Positions 30,344 to 40,943 of a DNA stretch of 64,000 nt are shown one piece after another. The stretch is from Ostreococcus lucimarinus (Eukaryota): NCBI GenBank assembly GCA_000092065.1, contig CP000583.1. The stretch is one strand, 5' to 3'. Both the position numbers and the translations under genes were made by a program. The notes under the pieces are model-generated. The model made no database searches. It was not told where the DNA came from and was given only the letters and a program-made list of their open reading frames with translations. Position 1 is the first letter of the stretch, and each line of letters begins with the position of its first letter.

Positions 30344-31657
30344 CTACTTCCCAGGCAGCTTGACGCGAAAACAAACGAAACTGAATACCATCATCAACGC
30401 GCACAGCCCAAGCAACACTCGATCGCTCGATCGACTGGCAACGAGCAACAACGCGACGACCAAGATGTTGAGCGGGATCCGGAAAGCGCTCGTCATGGTC
30501 GCTCGCATCTTGTTCGGCACGTACTTTGCCCGTAGTATGGACATCACGGGCCAATAAATCCCCAAACCGAACTCAAACGCGCAAAACGCGGCGAGTGTGA
30601 CCCAATACCCCGTGAACAACACGGCGATGGAAAAGCTGACGGCGGAGCCCACGAGAACCATCCGCAGAAGATTCTCGGCGGGAATCCTAGCCTCCAGCAC
30701 CTTGAACGCCTGGCTTCCGAACATTTTACACACCATGAACGCGCTGAACACGGATCCGTATGGCACCGTGGCGTCTATCGCCGACCTTTTCTCTAGAACT
30801 GGCGTCCATACGAAGACAAAGAGATGCAACGCGCCTTCGTAGAGAGAATTCGCCGCACCGAGGCGAAACAACTCCACCGAGCTCATAATCATTCTCACCG
30901 CACTAGAGATGCTCACCGCGCCGACTTGCGTATCATCGACCGCGGATGACCCTGGCGCCCCCAAATTTGCCGCGCTCGTCCGATTACTCCATAAAAACTT
31001 CGCCCCCGCGGCGCACAGCAACAGCGACAAGGCGCCGACGTCAAACGCCGGCGCGTACACGTTCTTCGACATCATCACCACGCTTCCTGACGTATCCGCC
31101 TCCGCCCCCATCTCGAGCCTAACCTCGTCCATTCCAATCCACGAGAACTGGCTCGATTCAGCGAATTCAACGACAAAATTCCCCACCAATCCCGCCAGCA
31201 CCGCGCTCGCCCCGTTGAACAACGTCGCCACGCTAAACACTCCCGCCAACTTTTTCCTATCGATCCCCATCGCGTCCGCCTCCGTGATCACCCACGACTC
31301 AAAGTTTGTAAACAACAACGAATACGCAATCCCCCCGAGTATCCGGCTCGCGATCAGCGTCGTCATCGCGCTCGACCGCAGCAACAAACAGCTCGCCGCG
31401 TACAGCGTCCCGTACGCCACCGCGAGCGCTCGGTGCCCGCGCGTGTCCCCGAGCGCGGCGCACGTCGTCCCGATCGTCGCGCTCACGACGTACCCGAGCA
31501 CGTATATGTATCCTATCTCTCGTTTCACCAGTCCGTGTCGGCGGTAGGCGGCGTACAGGTACGCCCCTTGGATCCAATCTCCGAACGTTCCGAGCGCGTA
31601 CACGGCGACGTATCTTCGGACGAGCGCGGCGTCGCTCGCGAGGCGAGGCGAGTTCAT
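30344..31657 (-). CDS. MFS_5 family transporter (molybdate-anion transporter MOT2 / MFSD5-like)
   Basis: N-terminal signature GTFGDWIQGAYLYAAYRRHGLVKREIGYIYVLGYVVSATIGTTCAALGDTRGHR is typical of MOT2/MFSD5, and the protein has about 12 hydrophobic segments. Confidence 0.8.
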   Translation of the reverse strand: MNSPRLASDAALVRRYVAVYALGTFGDWIQGAYLYAAYRRHGLVKREIGYIYVLGYVVSATIGTTCAALGDTRGHRALAVAYGTLYAASCLLLRSSAMTTLIASRILGGIAYSLLFTNFESWVITEADAMGIDRKKLAGVFSVATLFNGASAVLAGLVGNFVVEFAESSQFSWIGMDEVRLEMGAEADTSGSVVMMSKNVYAPAFDVGALSLLLCAAGAKFLWSNRTSAANLGAPGSSAVDDTQVGAVSISSAVRMIMSSVELFRLGAANSLYEGALHLFVFVWTPVLEKRSAIDATVPYGSVFSAFMVCKMFGSQAFKVLEARIPAENLLRMVLVGSAVSFSIAVLFTGYWVTLAAFCAFEFGLGIYWPVMSILRAKYVPNKMRATMTSAFRIPLNILVVALLLVASRSSDRVLLGLCALMMVFSFVCFRVKLPGK

Positions 31658-31967
31658 GGCGATGCCCTTGAAGTTGACTACGCCGACCGACGGCGAGGCG
31701 ATCGAGCGCGGCGAAGTGAAGTCACGGCGCGATGGCGATTCGAGCGCATCGCCCGGGCGTCGGCGCGCGCGCCGGGCGACGCGCTCGCGAGGGACGCGCC
31801 GAGGGGACGATCGACGCGCGATGCGGACGTGGAACTCGCGAGACGAAGCGCTCGGGATGTGGTCTGAGTTTTGTTGATTCGAAAATCGTTTTTATTAAAA
31901 TGCAATCTTCTAAGTTGGTAGAGAGACGAGTTGGTAGAGAGACGACGCGAGAGCGACGTCACGCACG

Positions 31968-32612
31968 GTGAACCGCTTAGTAGAAGCCGAAGCCCTTGGC
32001 CGCGTTGGTGAGGACGTTGGAGTGAACCGGGTCCGCAACGTGGGATTGCCAGTTGGCGATCGGGCCTTCTTGGGTGGCGAGCGCTTGGAAGATGCAGCCC
32101 AACCACGCGAACATGGACAAGCGGCAGTGCTTGAGCTCCTTGATCTTGAGTTCTTCAAGGTCGCCAGACTCGGCGAGGCCGAGCGGGTCGAAGCGTCCAC
32201 CCGGGTTGACGTCACCGACGGTGAGGCCATCATCGAACGGAGAGTCGGAGATACCGGTACGGTACGCTTCCGCGGCGCCGACGAGAACGATCTCGATGAT
32301 GAGAACGTTCCAGAAGGACGGGTAGCCAGAGCCTTCCGGCGCGAGCGGGGCGACGGCGCCCGGGAACTTGTCCGCGACGGCGGTGCAGTCATCCGGGGTG
32401 CACAAGGTACCCGCGGTGAACCACGGGATGCCGGTGCCGTTTTCGGCGGCCCACGCACCGGTGACGCCAAGCATCGCCCAGCGGCCGTGGATCACTTCAC
32501 GCTCGGCGTTCTTTTCGTCGCCGAACGGGATGATCGGGGATTCGCCACCGCCCGGGTAGGTACCGAATTCCGGGTAGATGTCAGCCTTGACCGTCGTGGA
32601 GACAGACTTGGC
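31968..32612. repeat. Inverted repeat arm A (LHC exon 2 + 9 nt of 3' flank); the identical partner is 33979..34623
   Basis: Identical translated strings in both orientations in the ORF track (e.g. MIHGRWAMLG..., MNRLVEAEALGRV..., MSATAVQSSGVHK... each occur twice). Direct comparison shows identity through the exon, with divergence ~10 nt past the stop. Confidence 0.85.
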
Positions 32613-33152
32613 CTGCGATCGAACGAAGTTTATATTCTCCAGTCAGTCTCGTCGTCTCGTGATCGCGCACGCCCATCCGTCGTCGTCCGCCGACGCGCCC
32701 GCCGCTCTAAAAAGTCTGTTCCCCCCCCGATCCACGTTTTCACGGTTCACGACTCGTGCCGACCCCCATCCGCGGCGATAAGAGCGAAACCGTATCTCGC
32801 GCGCGGCGTCCCGCCCGATCGCCCGCGTCGCGCGCGCGTCGCCCGCGACCGACGCCTCGACCCCCGACGTCGCGCGACGCGCGCGACACATTTCCAGCAT
32901 CCACCGCGCGCCGTCCCGCGCCCGTCCGCGCGACACCGCCCGCGCGAGGGCGCCGCGCGCGATCGCCCACCGCGATCGATCGCCCGATCGTTCGTTCGTT
33001 CGTTCGACGCGCGCGCGTCGCGTCCCTCGCGCGCGTCGTCGTCCCGCGCGTCGTCGCGCGTCGCGCGAAGGCTAAAAAATACGCACTTGGATCTTGGTCG
33101 CCTTGAAGGCGGCGACGCGGCCGACGAAGGAGGAAGCGAGAAGGGCAGACAT
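31977..33152 (-). CDS. Light-harvesting chlorophyll a/b-binding protein, copy A; 2 exons on minus strand: 33087..33152 (MSALLASSFVGRVAAFKATKIQ) and 31977..32612
   Basis: Exon 2 AKSVSTTVKADIYPEFGTYPGGGESPIIPFGDEKNAEREVIHGRWAMLGVTGAWAAENG...GGRFDPLGLAESGDLEELKIKELKHCRLSMFAWLGCIFQALATQEGPIANWQSHVADPVHSNVLTNAAKGFGFY* has the LHC helix-1 and helix-3 signatures. The 474-nt intron runs GTGCGT...GAGACTGACTGG...CGCAG. Confidence 0.85.
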
Positions 33153-33488
33153 TACGACTGAGTGTGCGTGAATGCCGCGCGCGGCGCGCCACCGGTGGCG
33201 GTCGAGGCGCGCGCGCGGGCGCGGCCTCGCGGCGAACGAGATCTTCCGTGATGGGCGAAATACGGCGTGGAATGCGTGAATATCTCGCGATCGGGGTGTT
33301 TTATGTTTTATGCGTCGCGGCGCGCGCGATCGAGATCGCGATCGACGCGTTCGGGTTCGCGCGTCGCGCGCGATCGATCGTGCGTCGATCGATCGCGCGA
33401 TCGATCGATCGATCGATGGCGCGCGATCGATGGCGCGCGATCTCGCGCGCGCGCGCGAGCGGCATACCTGCACACGCACATTTCTACA
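33153..33488. promoter_or_regulatory. Shared divergent promoter / 5' UTR region of the head-to-head LHC gene pair, containing a (CGAT)n/(CGCGATCGAT)n microsatellite at about 33340..33430
   Basis: The region between the two divergently oriented ATGs is centred on CGCGCGATCGATCGTGCGTCGATCGATCGCGCGATCGATCGATCGATCGATGGCGCGCGATCGATGGCGCGCGATC. The two 5' UTRs are similar but not identical. Confidence 0.5.
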
Positions 33489-34614
33489 ATGTCTGCCCTT
33501 CTCGCTTCCTCCTTCGTCGGCCGCGTCGCCGCCTTCAAGGCGACCAAGATCCAAGTGCGTATTTTTTAGCCTTCGCGCGACGCGCGACGACGCGCGGGAC
33601 GACGACGCGCGCGAGGGACGCGATCGCATCGCGCGCCATCGATCGACGGCGTGAGATACGCGACATCGCGCGCGCGGCGCGCATCGCGTCGTCGCGACGC
33701 GGGACGTGCGACGCCGCGAAGGGCGTCGCGGGAAGCGATGTCGATGATTATTTGTGATCGCGACGCGACGCGCGTCGGCGTCGCGACGCGTCGCGACGGG
33801 CGAGCGGGCGCTCGATCGCCGCGGCGATAGGATAACCGCGATACGGATATTTTCTATCTGTTTGTTTGACTGGACGAAGCGCGGGCGCGGGGCGGAGGAC
33901 GCGGGTGATTGGATCGATCGTTCGAGCGAAGAGAGGAGACTGACGAAAGAAACGCGATGTGTTTTACGAAATGAACAGGCCAAGTCTGTCTCCACGACGG
34001 TCAAGGCTGACATCTACCCGGAATTCGGTACCTACCCGGGCGGTGGCGAATCCCCGATCATCCCGTTCGGCGACGAAAAGAACGCCGAGCGTGAAGTGAT
34101 CCACGGCCGCTGGGCGATGCTTGGCGTCACCGGTGCGTGGGCCGCCGAAAACGGCACCGGCATCCCGTGGTTCACCGCGGGTACCTTGTGCACCCCGGAT
34201 GACTGCACCGCCGTCGCGGACAAGTTCCCGGGCGCCGTCGCCCCGCTCGCGCCGGAAGGCTCTGGCTACCCGTCCTTCTGGAACGTTCTCATCATCGAGA
34301 TCGTTCTCGTCGGCGCCGCGGAAGCGTACCGTACCGGTATCTCCGACTCTCCGTTCGATGATGGCCTCACCGTCGGTGACGTCAACCCGGGTGGACGCTT
34401 CGACCCGCTCGGCCTCGCCGAGTCTGGCGACCTTGAAGAACTCAAGATCAAGGAGCTCAAGCACTGCCGCTTGTCCATGTTCGCGTGGTTGGGCTGCATC
34501 TTCCAAGCGCTCGCCACCCAAGAAGGCCCGATCGCCAACTGGCAATCCCACGTTGCGGACCCGGTTCACTCCAACGTCCTCACCAACGCGGCCAAGGGCT
34601 TCGGCTTCTACTAA
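33489..34614 (+). CDS. Light-harvesting chlorophyll a/b-binding protein, copy B (identical protein to copy A); exons 33489..33554 and 33979..34614
   Basis: Same exon sequences as copy A in inverted orientation. The 424-nt intron runs GTGCGT...GGAGACTGACGAAAG...GAACAG, and only its first ~65 nt match the copy A intron. Confidence 0.85.
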
Positions 34615-34623
34615 GCGGTTCAC
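33979..34623. repeat. Inverted repeat arm B (partner of 31968..32612)
   Basis: See arm A. A second short inverted pair covers exon 1 plus the first 65 intron nt (33022..33152 vs 33489..33619). Confidence 0.85.
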
Positions 34624-34914
34624 CGCCTTGGTAGCTTCGTCATAGGGTAGCTTGATCGGCGGCCGTCGACTTCGCGTCTACGGTCACCTCCAAGATTTCT
34701 CTGACAGCGCTGGGAATTCCCGACTGCTTTTGGGGCTTTGTCTCTTCAATAACATTCGTTTTAATGATGCATCTCTCGATGTTTGATTACTCTTCGCCTC
34801 CGCGTCGCCGTCGCCGCGCTCTGGATAGCCCGCAGACGCGCGTCCCGGCATCTTGCCCCACACACGCGCGCGCGCGTTCCCTTCGCCCCCGTGGCCGGAT
34901 CGAACGCGAAGAAC

Positions 34915-36462
34915 ATGGCGACGACGATCGCTTCGCGCGCCGTCGCGGCGACGACGCCCCGCGCGCGCGCGCGCGCGCGAACGAATCCCCGCGCGTCGTC
35001 CACCTCGCGTCGGACCCGCGCGATCGCCGACGCCAACGCCGAGGCGACGGCCGAGGACGCGCGCGAGCTCGCGGCGTGGTTATCCTACGACAAGGGCGTG
35101 GACGCGAGCGGATTAGTGTTCAAAGAGGGCGCGAGAGGCGAGGTGGAGGTGGCCCTGCGCGGAGACGTCGACGCCGGGGCGCGCGTGCTCGCGGTGCCGC
35201 AAGACTGCGCGGTGACGTCCGTGGACGTCGACGCGCACCCGATCGTCAGCGGATTGGCCAAGGGGCGACCAGAGCTCGTCGGGTTGGCGCTGTGGTTGTG
35301 CGCGGAGCGCATCAAGGGTGGAGCGAGCGATTGGGCGCCGTACGTGAAGACGCTCGCGGCGAATCCAGACGCGCCGTTGTTTTGGACCGAGGCGGAAGAT
35401 TTCGCGCTGTTGAAGGGGTCGCCGATCGTGAATGATGCGGTAGAACGCTCGAGGAGCGCGAGGGAGGAATATGCGGCTATCGTGGAGGTCATTAAGGGTG
35501 ATCCCACGGCGTTTCCCGCGGAGGCGTACGAGTTTTTCACCGAGGAGCGCTTCGTGGACGCGCTGGCGACGGTGTGCGCCAAGGCGACTTGGTTACCCAC
35601 GGCATCGTGCTATGCGTTGGTGCCTTTGTTAGACGTCATCACGATTGCTGGATCTCCGGTGCCGGGCGTTTCACCGCCCTCGGCGAAGGATGGAATCGCG
35701 CGGTGCGCTGCGGATTACGACGTCGACAGCGCGTGCGTGGTTTTATCCGCCGTCGTCAAGGCGCCGGCGAACTCGCGAGTCGTACAGTTGGATCCGTTGC
35801 AAAGGAACAACGGTGAGCTGTTCTTGAACACTGGTCGCGTTGATCAGAAGCATCCAGGGGATTATTTGTACATGCGGACCGAGATTCAGCCCTCCGATCG
35901 CTTATTTTCGGCGAAGAAGCAAGTCCTCGAGGGTATGGGTTTCACCGCCGAAAACCAGTACTTTCCGGTGTATGAAGATCGTATGCCGACCCAGTTGTAC
36001 TCTTATCTTCGTTTTGCCCGCGTTCAAGATCCCGGTGAGATGATGGCGGTGTCGTTTGAGGAGGATAAAATCGTTTCGGTGATGAACGAATACGAAATTC
36101 TTCAGCTTCTCATGGGCGATTGTCGAGAGTTAATGTCTGAATACGACACGAATGAGGAAGACGAGCTGAACCTGTTGAAGCTCTCGGACACGATGCGCGT
36201 GCGAGAGATCGAGGCGGCCAAGCTTAGAATGTCCGAGAAGAAGCTCATCGGTTGCACGATGACGGCGGTTCGCAAGCGCTTGGCGCCGATTCGTGGCATC
36301 CCAACCAAGCAAGGCATGGAAGACCCGAACCAGGATCTTTTAGACATTTTCAACGCGATCGAGAGCATTCCAAATAAGCCAAAGGAAATGATGGAAGACT
36401 TCAAGAAGTGGGCGCGTGGGGACTACGAAGACATCCCCAAAGGCGGGGGTGGCTGCGGGTAG
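34915..36462 (+). CDS. SET-domain protein-lysine N-methyltransferase, Rubisco LSMT-like, with plastid-type transit peptide; the ORF is open from 34783
   Basis: Start chosen at MATTIASRAVAATTPRARARARTNPRASSTSRRTRA. SET/Rubisco-substrate-binding architecture is indicated by ...ELFLNTGRVDQKHPGDYLYMRTEIQPSDRLFSAKKQVLEGMGFTAENQYFPVYEDRMPTQLYSYLRFARV... Confidence 0.75.
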   Translation: MATTIASRAVAATTPRARARARTNPRASSTSRRTRAIADANAEATAEDARELAAWLSYDKGVDASGLVFKEGARGEVEVALRGDVDAGARVLAVPQDCAVTSVDVDAHPIVSGLAKGRPELVGLALWLCAERIKGGASDWAPYVKTLAANPDAPLFWTEAEDFALLKGSPIVNDAVERSRSAREEYAAIVEVIKGDPTAFPAEAYEFFTEERFVDALATVCAKATWLPTASCYALVPLLDVITIAGSPVPGVSPPSAKDGIARCAADYDVDSACVVLSAVVKAPANSRVVQLDPLQRNNGELFLNTGRVDQKHPGDYLYMRTEIQPSDRLFSAKKQVLEGMGFTAENQYFPVYEDRMPTQLYSYLRFARVQDPGEMMAVSFEEDKIVSVMNEYEILQLLMGDCRELMSEYDTNEEDELNLLKLSDTMRVREIEAAKLRMSEKKLIGCTMTAVRKRLAPIRGIPTKQGMEDPNQDLLDIFNAIESIPNKPKEMMEDFKKWARGDYEDIPKGGGGCG

Positions 36463-36505
36463 TTTTAGAAAATTTTAAGCGCGTTTATATTAATGTACCC
36501 ACTCT

Positions 36506-38317
36506 CTACTTGCTAATGTCTTCCTCGTCTTCGTCTTCGTCCTCGTCCTCGTCCTCGTCCGCACTTTTGTCGAAAATTTGTTCCAAAGCGTTGACGACGT
36601 CAGCGTTCGTATCCATCAAGAAGAAGAGATCGTCGAGTAACGCTTGCTGAGTCTCTTCTTCCGTTTCGAATTCACGCTGCGGCAGCTCCTCTAATTCCAT
36701 GAAGTCATTGATCTCGAGGTTGAAGTACGCCTGCTTCAGAGCCTTGACTTCATCTTCGCTCACGACGGAGGTTACTACGCCTGGGGCCATGGTACCGAGA
36801 CGCCCGCATCGACCGGCTCGATGTAAATAACTGCTCGTTGAAGGAGCGTCTAAACTATAAATGTGCTGAATATTTGGCATATCCAGCCCCCGCTCACTTT
36901 CAGACGTGCACACTAATATGCTAGCCTTGTTGTTCTTGAAATCTTGAACCGTTCGCAAAGCCTCGGTGCCCTCGGGGAGCAACATCAACAGCTTGTGTTC
37001 GCCCCAGAGCGCCTTCCGCACGGGCCCAGCCGTAACTTTCGCCGCTTCGCTATTCGGAACAAAAATGAACGTTCGCGGCGGTGGTGCATCTTCTCCTGCT
37101 TCTTCGAGATCTTTACGAAGCTGTCGCGTGAGTGCGATAAGCTTGCGAGAACGGTCCTTCACGACGAGCATTCGGTGCGTGATGCCCGGGGGCACGCGCA
37201 TACCGCCGCCCGTGGTGATCCAAATGGGATCCTTCATTAGACCTTTAGATGTGCACCGATCGACGATCTCTTGCGACAACGCCACGCCACTAAGACACAC
37301 GCATCGGTCCTCCATCACTGGCTCGTATGGTGACGGTTTGAGCAACACATCCATCGCATCTGGGTGCTTGTCGAAGAGCACATCCGCTTCGTCGGCGATG
37401 ATGAATTGTGCCAGATCCACCTCTAAATCTCCTTGTAGCTTCAAATCTTTGAGCTCTTCGGGCGTTCCGACGACGATTTCCGCGATGCATAAGTCGGGAT
37501 CCGGATTCAACACGTGCTTTTCAAAATCAAACGCGCCCTTCACCTTCACGCCGCGGGGACCGATGTATCTAAAGATGTTACCCGAATCTCCTGGTCTCTG
37601 CGTGCTCACGTTCCCTCCGAGTATGCGCCATATCAGCATAGAGTTCTGTACCACCAGTTCTCTCGTCGGCACGATCACCAGCAACTGCAGCATCCCTCTC
37701 CCCACGTAATTCAACCCGTCGATGCTCGGCATGAGGTACGCCAGCGTCTTCCCGCTCCCCGTCTGACTCGAAATAACCACGTCGTTCACGTTCATCATCG
37801 CCAGCGCCGCCCGTCGCTGAATCGCCGTGGGATATCGGAACCCTAAATCCTCCGCCCGAGACGCGATCCAGTTCGCCATTCCGAGCGACCGCCAATCGAG
37901 CAACTGCTCCCGCGGGTCCGTCATCCCTTGCACGCGCCGCAGCTTTTCCGACACCCTCTGCGCCAACCCGTAATCCTCCTCAAATATCGCCTTATTCAGC
38001 GCCGTGGTGAGAATGTTTTCATCCTCCGTCCCGTCCGCGTCGAACCCATCGAGCGCAGACGCGTCGCTCGCTCCGTCGTCACCGGTCCCGCCGTCACCGA
38101 ACGGCGCCGCGTCTCGCGCGCGCAATCGGTCGCCTCGCGCGCGCGGGCCCGCGCGCGGACGCGCGCGACGCGTCGATGACGACGCTCGCGACGTCCGCGC
38201 CCGTCGCGGGACGCTCGCGCGATGTCCGCTCGCGACGCGCATGCCGCGGTCGTTCGCGCGCGTCGAGTGACGTCGCGCCCGCGCGCTCGAGGCGACACGA
38301 GCGCGTCGCGGTTTCAC
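36506..38317 (-). CDS. DEAD-box ATP-dependent RNA helicase (603 aa) with Arg-rich N-terminal targeting-like region and acidic (Glu/Asp)n C-terminal tail
   Basis: Helicase motifs SQTGSGKT (motif I), PTRELV, IADEADVLF (DEAD), TSESERGLD and HRAGRCGR (motif VI). The C-terminus ...DEDEDEDEDEEDISK is encoded by (GACGAG)n-type repeats at 36521..36560. Confidence 0.9.
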   Translation of the reverse strand: MKPRRARVASSARARRHSTRANDRGMRVASGHRASVPRRARTSRASSSTRRARPRAGPRARGDRLRARDAAPFGDGGTGDDGASDASALDGFDADGTEDENILTTALNKAIFEEDYGLAQRVSEKLRRVQGMTDPREQLLDWRSLGMANWIASRAEDLGFRYPTAIQRRAALAMMNVNDVVISSQTGSGKTLAYLMPSIDGLNYVGRGMLQLLVIVPTRELVVQNSMLIWRILGGNVSTQRPGDSGNIFRYIGPRGVKVKGAFDFEKHVLNPDPDLCIAEIVVGTPEELKDLKLQGDLEVDLAQFIIADEADVLFDKHPDAMDVLLKPSPYEPVMEDRCVCLSGVALSQEIVDRCTSKGLMKDPIWITTGGGMRVPPGITHRMLVVKDRSRKLIALTRQLRKDLEEAGEDAPPPRTFIFVPNSEAAKVTAGPVRKALWGEHKLLMLLPEGTEALRTVQDFKNNKASILVCTSESERGLDMPNIQHIYSLDAPSTSSYLHRAGRCGRLGTMAPGVVTSVVSEDEVKALKQAYFNLEINDFMELEELPQREFETEEETQQALLDDLFFLMDTNADVVNALEQIFDKSADEDEDEDEDEDEEDISK

Positions 38318-38561
38318 CGCCTCGTCGTCGATCGACGGTCAAGGGTCGACGCGAAACTAGATCGTGAACCTAAAATGAGGTTCACATTCGTCGATGGCGT
38401 CGATCGATGGACGGTTTCGAGGCAACCTGCGCGCGCGAAACTGAAATGAGGTTCGGCGTCACCGATCGCCGTGATCGACGCGCAAACCTGGGGCGCGACG
38501 TCGAACCCGTCGCGGCGCGCGTCGAACCTGGGACGGCGCGCAATCATCGACGCGGGAAACT

Positions 38562-39816
38562 ATGCGCGCGTCGTCATCGCACGCGCGCGCGCGTGTCGGT
38601 AGAAATCATGTTCACGCGTCGCGCGCGCGCGCGCGTGGGGTGGACGGTGGACGGCCTTCGCGTGTGGCGACGGCGGAACCGTCGCTAATTCGGGAAGGAT
38701 TGGTGTCGAGCCGTGGGACGCGGGGCGGGGCGCGCGTGCTGGTTCAAACGGGCGCGATCGATCCCGCGAGCGCCGTGTCGGCGGTCCAGGGGTTCGTGCT
38801 CGACGGGTCGCCGGGTTTGCGTGCCGCGGCGATGGCGAATACCGCGGTGTTTACGAGCGGCTTCGGCGTCTTGCGACTCGGGTTGACGCTCGCGGGTATC
38901 GCGCACTCGTGGTTTCTCGGAACGGTGCGTGAATCGCCAGAAACACGCGTGGCGATGCGCATTTAGATTTTTTGTCGCGAGTGCGACGCTCGAACGACCG
39001 TGGGAGGTGATGACAGATGACAGATACTTCCGAGCGCGCGCAACGCGGACCGACAATCGTCGGTGCAGCGACGGCCGCTCCGTGAGCGAGTATCAAAATA
39101 TTAGTTTTCAATCTGATCCCGGAGGTTTCTGATAGTTCTGAGACTCGTTTTTTGTGCGTTCGACAGACTGACTCGCTTTTCCCGCGCGCACGCAGGTCGT
39201 CATGGCGGCGTTTGGTGTCGGAGGATACGCTCTCGTGTGCGCCTACTTCATCGTCGGCAGTGCGGTGACAAAGATAAAATTGAAGGAAAAGCAAGCCGAG
39301 GGGATAGCGGAGGCGCGGGGAGGGCTTCGTGGCCCCGGAAGCGTGTGGGGGAGCGGGACGGCGGGGATTTTGTGCGCTATTGCGGCGCTTTCGGGATGGA
39401 CACCCGTGTCGTTGGAACTCTGGCGGATCGGTTTCGTGGCGAGCTTTTGCAGCAAACTCAGCGACACCACCGCAAGTGAGATCGGCAAGGCCTACGGCAA
39501 GACGACCTATATGAGCACGCCACCGTTCAAGTTAGTTCCCAGAGGTACGGAGGGCGCCGTTAGCGTCGAAGGAACCGTGGCTGGTATCGTCGTATCGGGT
39601 CTGTTCGCCGGGCTTGCGTTCATCATCGGTCAACTGGATGCCGTCGGCGTCGGTGTATGCGTCCTCGCTGCCTTCATCGCGACGACCTTCGAGAGCATGC
39701 TCGGGGCGGCTGTGCAGGGTAGAAAAGGATTTGATTGGATGTCTAACGACGTGGTGAACGGAATACAGATCACGCTCGCGGCTGGGGTGGCCATCGCGTT
39801 GAGAACAATCGTCTGA
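38562..39816 (+). CDS. DUF92/TMEM19-like integral membrane protein, 2 exons: 38562..38924 and 39196..39816
   Basis: Exon 1 ...GIAHSWFLGT ends at a GTGCGTG donor. The 271-nt intron has branch site GACAGACTGACTCG and acceptor CGCACGCAG. Exon 2 VVMAAFGVGGYALVCAYFIVGSAVTKIKLKEKQAEGIAEARGGLRGPGSVWGSGTAG... (RGG.R motif) plus further TM segments. Confidence 0.7.
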
Positions 39817-39946
39817 GTCGACTAGATTCGAATCATCGTCGCGACGACACTCGTAGTAAAATTTACAAACTAGATAGAATTTAACAGATGGCTAGTTCAG
39901 GACCCCTTTTCTGTCATCCGGCACGGATAATGAAAAATCTCGTTCC

Positions 39947-40885
39947 TCACGACCCCTCCGACGTCGCCGCCCTTTGTTTATCATCGCACCGCGTCACGAA
40001 ATCATGAACCTCGTCGGCAAACTTTTTCGGTTCTTCGAGGTACAACCAATGCCCACAGTTTTCGAAAATCTTCAACTCCGAATCGGGAATCATCTCAGCC
40101 ACCGCTTTGATGCCATCTATGGGAAATATTTTGGTTTCACGTCCCGCCAGGACGAGCGCCGGGATGGTCATGTGTCGACACTCGCTTCGCCAGTCTTGGT
40201 GCGTGTGGTCGTACATCAGCTCGCACAACGCCTCGGGACAGCACTCGAGCGTCTCGCTCTTCACCATGGCGAGCACGTCGGGATCAACGACACTGAGATC
40301 GTGAAAGCAAGCCTCGGCGTTACCATCCGCGAACGTAGACATATCTCTTCTCACAGCCGCCGCCAACGCCTCGTAACTCGCCGCGTCGTAACAACCCAAA
40401 CTCCCCAGCTCCCAATCCGGGCGTCTATTCTGCAACGGGGCCTGATCCACGAGCACCGCGCCGATGACGCTCACCTCGGTCGCATCGCTCCCCCCTCCGA
40501 CGCGCCATCGCGCGCCGCACAACTGTAAGAGCGACCAAACGACCGCGCATCCCATCGACGCGCCGACGAGCACGAACCCGCTCGGCGACAGTCTCGCCGC
40601 CGCCTGCTCCAGGACCTCCCGCAGGTCCATCGCCAGCCGCGCGACGGTGTGGCCGCGTCCCGGACGGTCGCTCCCGCCGTGCCCTCGAAGATCGAACGCG
40701 ATCGTCGCGGGAAAGTCGTCGCGCGCCGCGCGCATCGCCGGCGACCAGTACGCCGCCGTCCCGCTCCAACCGTGGACGAGGACGACGACGGGGCGATCGC
40801 GCGCGGGCGTAGCGCCGCCGACGACGGCGCGGAGGCGAACGCGGCCGCCGTCGACGGGGTCCAGGTCGAGCGCGGTCCACGGCAT
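39947..40885 (-). CDS. Alpha/beta-hydrolase fold protein (ORF extends to 40924 with an earlier Met)
   Basis: HGW oxyanion-region motif VVVLVHGWSGTAAYW and nucleophile elbow GASMGCAV (GxSxG). About 310 aa. Confidence 0.75.
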   Translation of the reverse strand: MPWTALDLDPVDGGRVRLRAVVGGATPARDRPVVVLVHGWSGTAAYWSPAMRAARDDFPATIAFDLRGHGGSDRPGRGHTVARLAMDLREVLEQAAARLSPSGFVLVGASMGCAVVWSLLQLCGARWRVGGGSDATEVSVIGAVLVDQAPLQNRRPDWELGSLGCYDAASYEALAAAVRRDMSTFADGNAEACFHDLSVVDPDVLAMVKSETLECCPEALCELMYDHTHQDWRSECRHMTIPALVLAGRETKIFPIDGIKAVAEMIPDSELKIFENCGHWLYLEEPKKFADEVHDFVTRCDDKQRAATSEGS

Positions 40886-40943
40886 CGCGCGTCGACGAGT
40901 GTTTGGGAGCGAGGTCGATTGCAAAGGGCGGCGTCGCTCGGTT

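Noticed and set aside
31968-33161. 397-aa plus-strand ORF (and its mirror 33964..34623 minus, plus the duplicated 63-aa ORFs).
   Set aside because: These are antisense translations of the two LHC copies. They are duplicated only because the underlying DNA is an inverted repeat.
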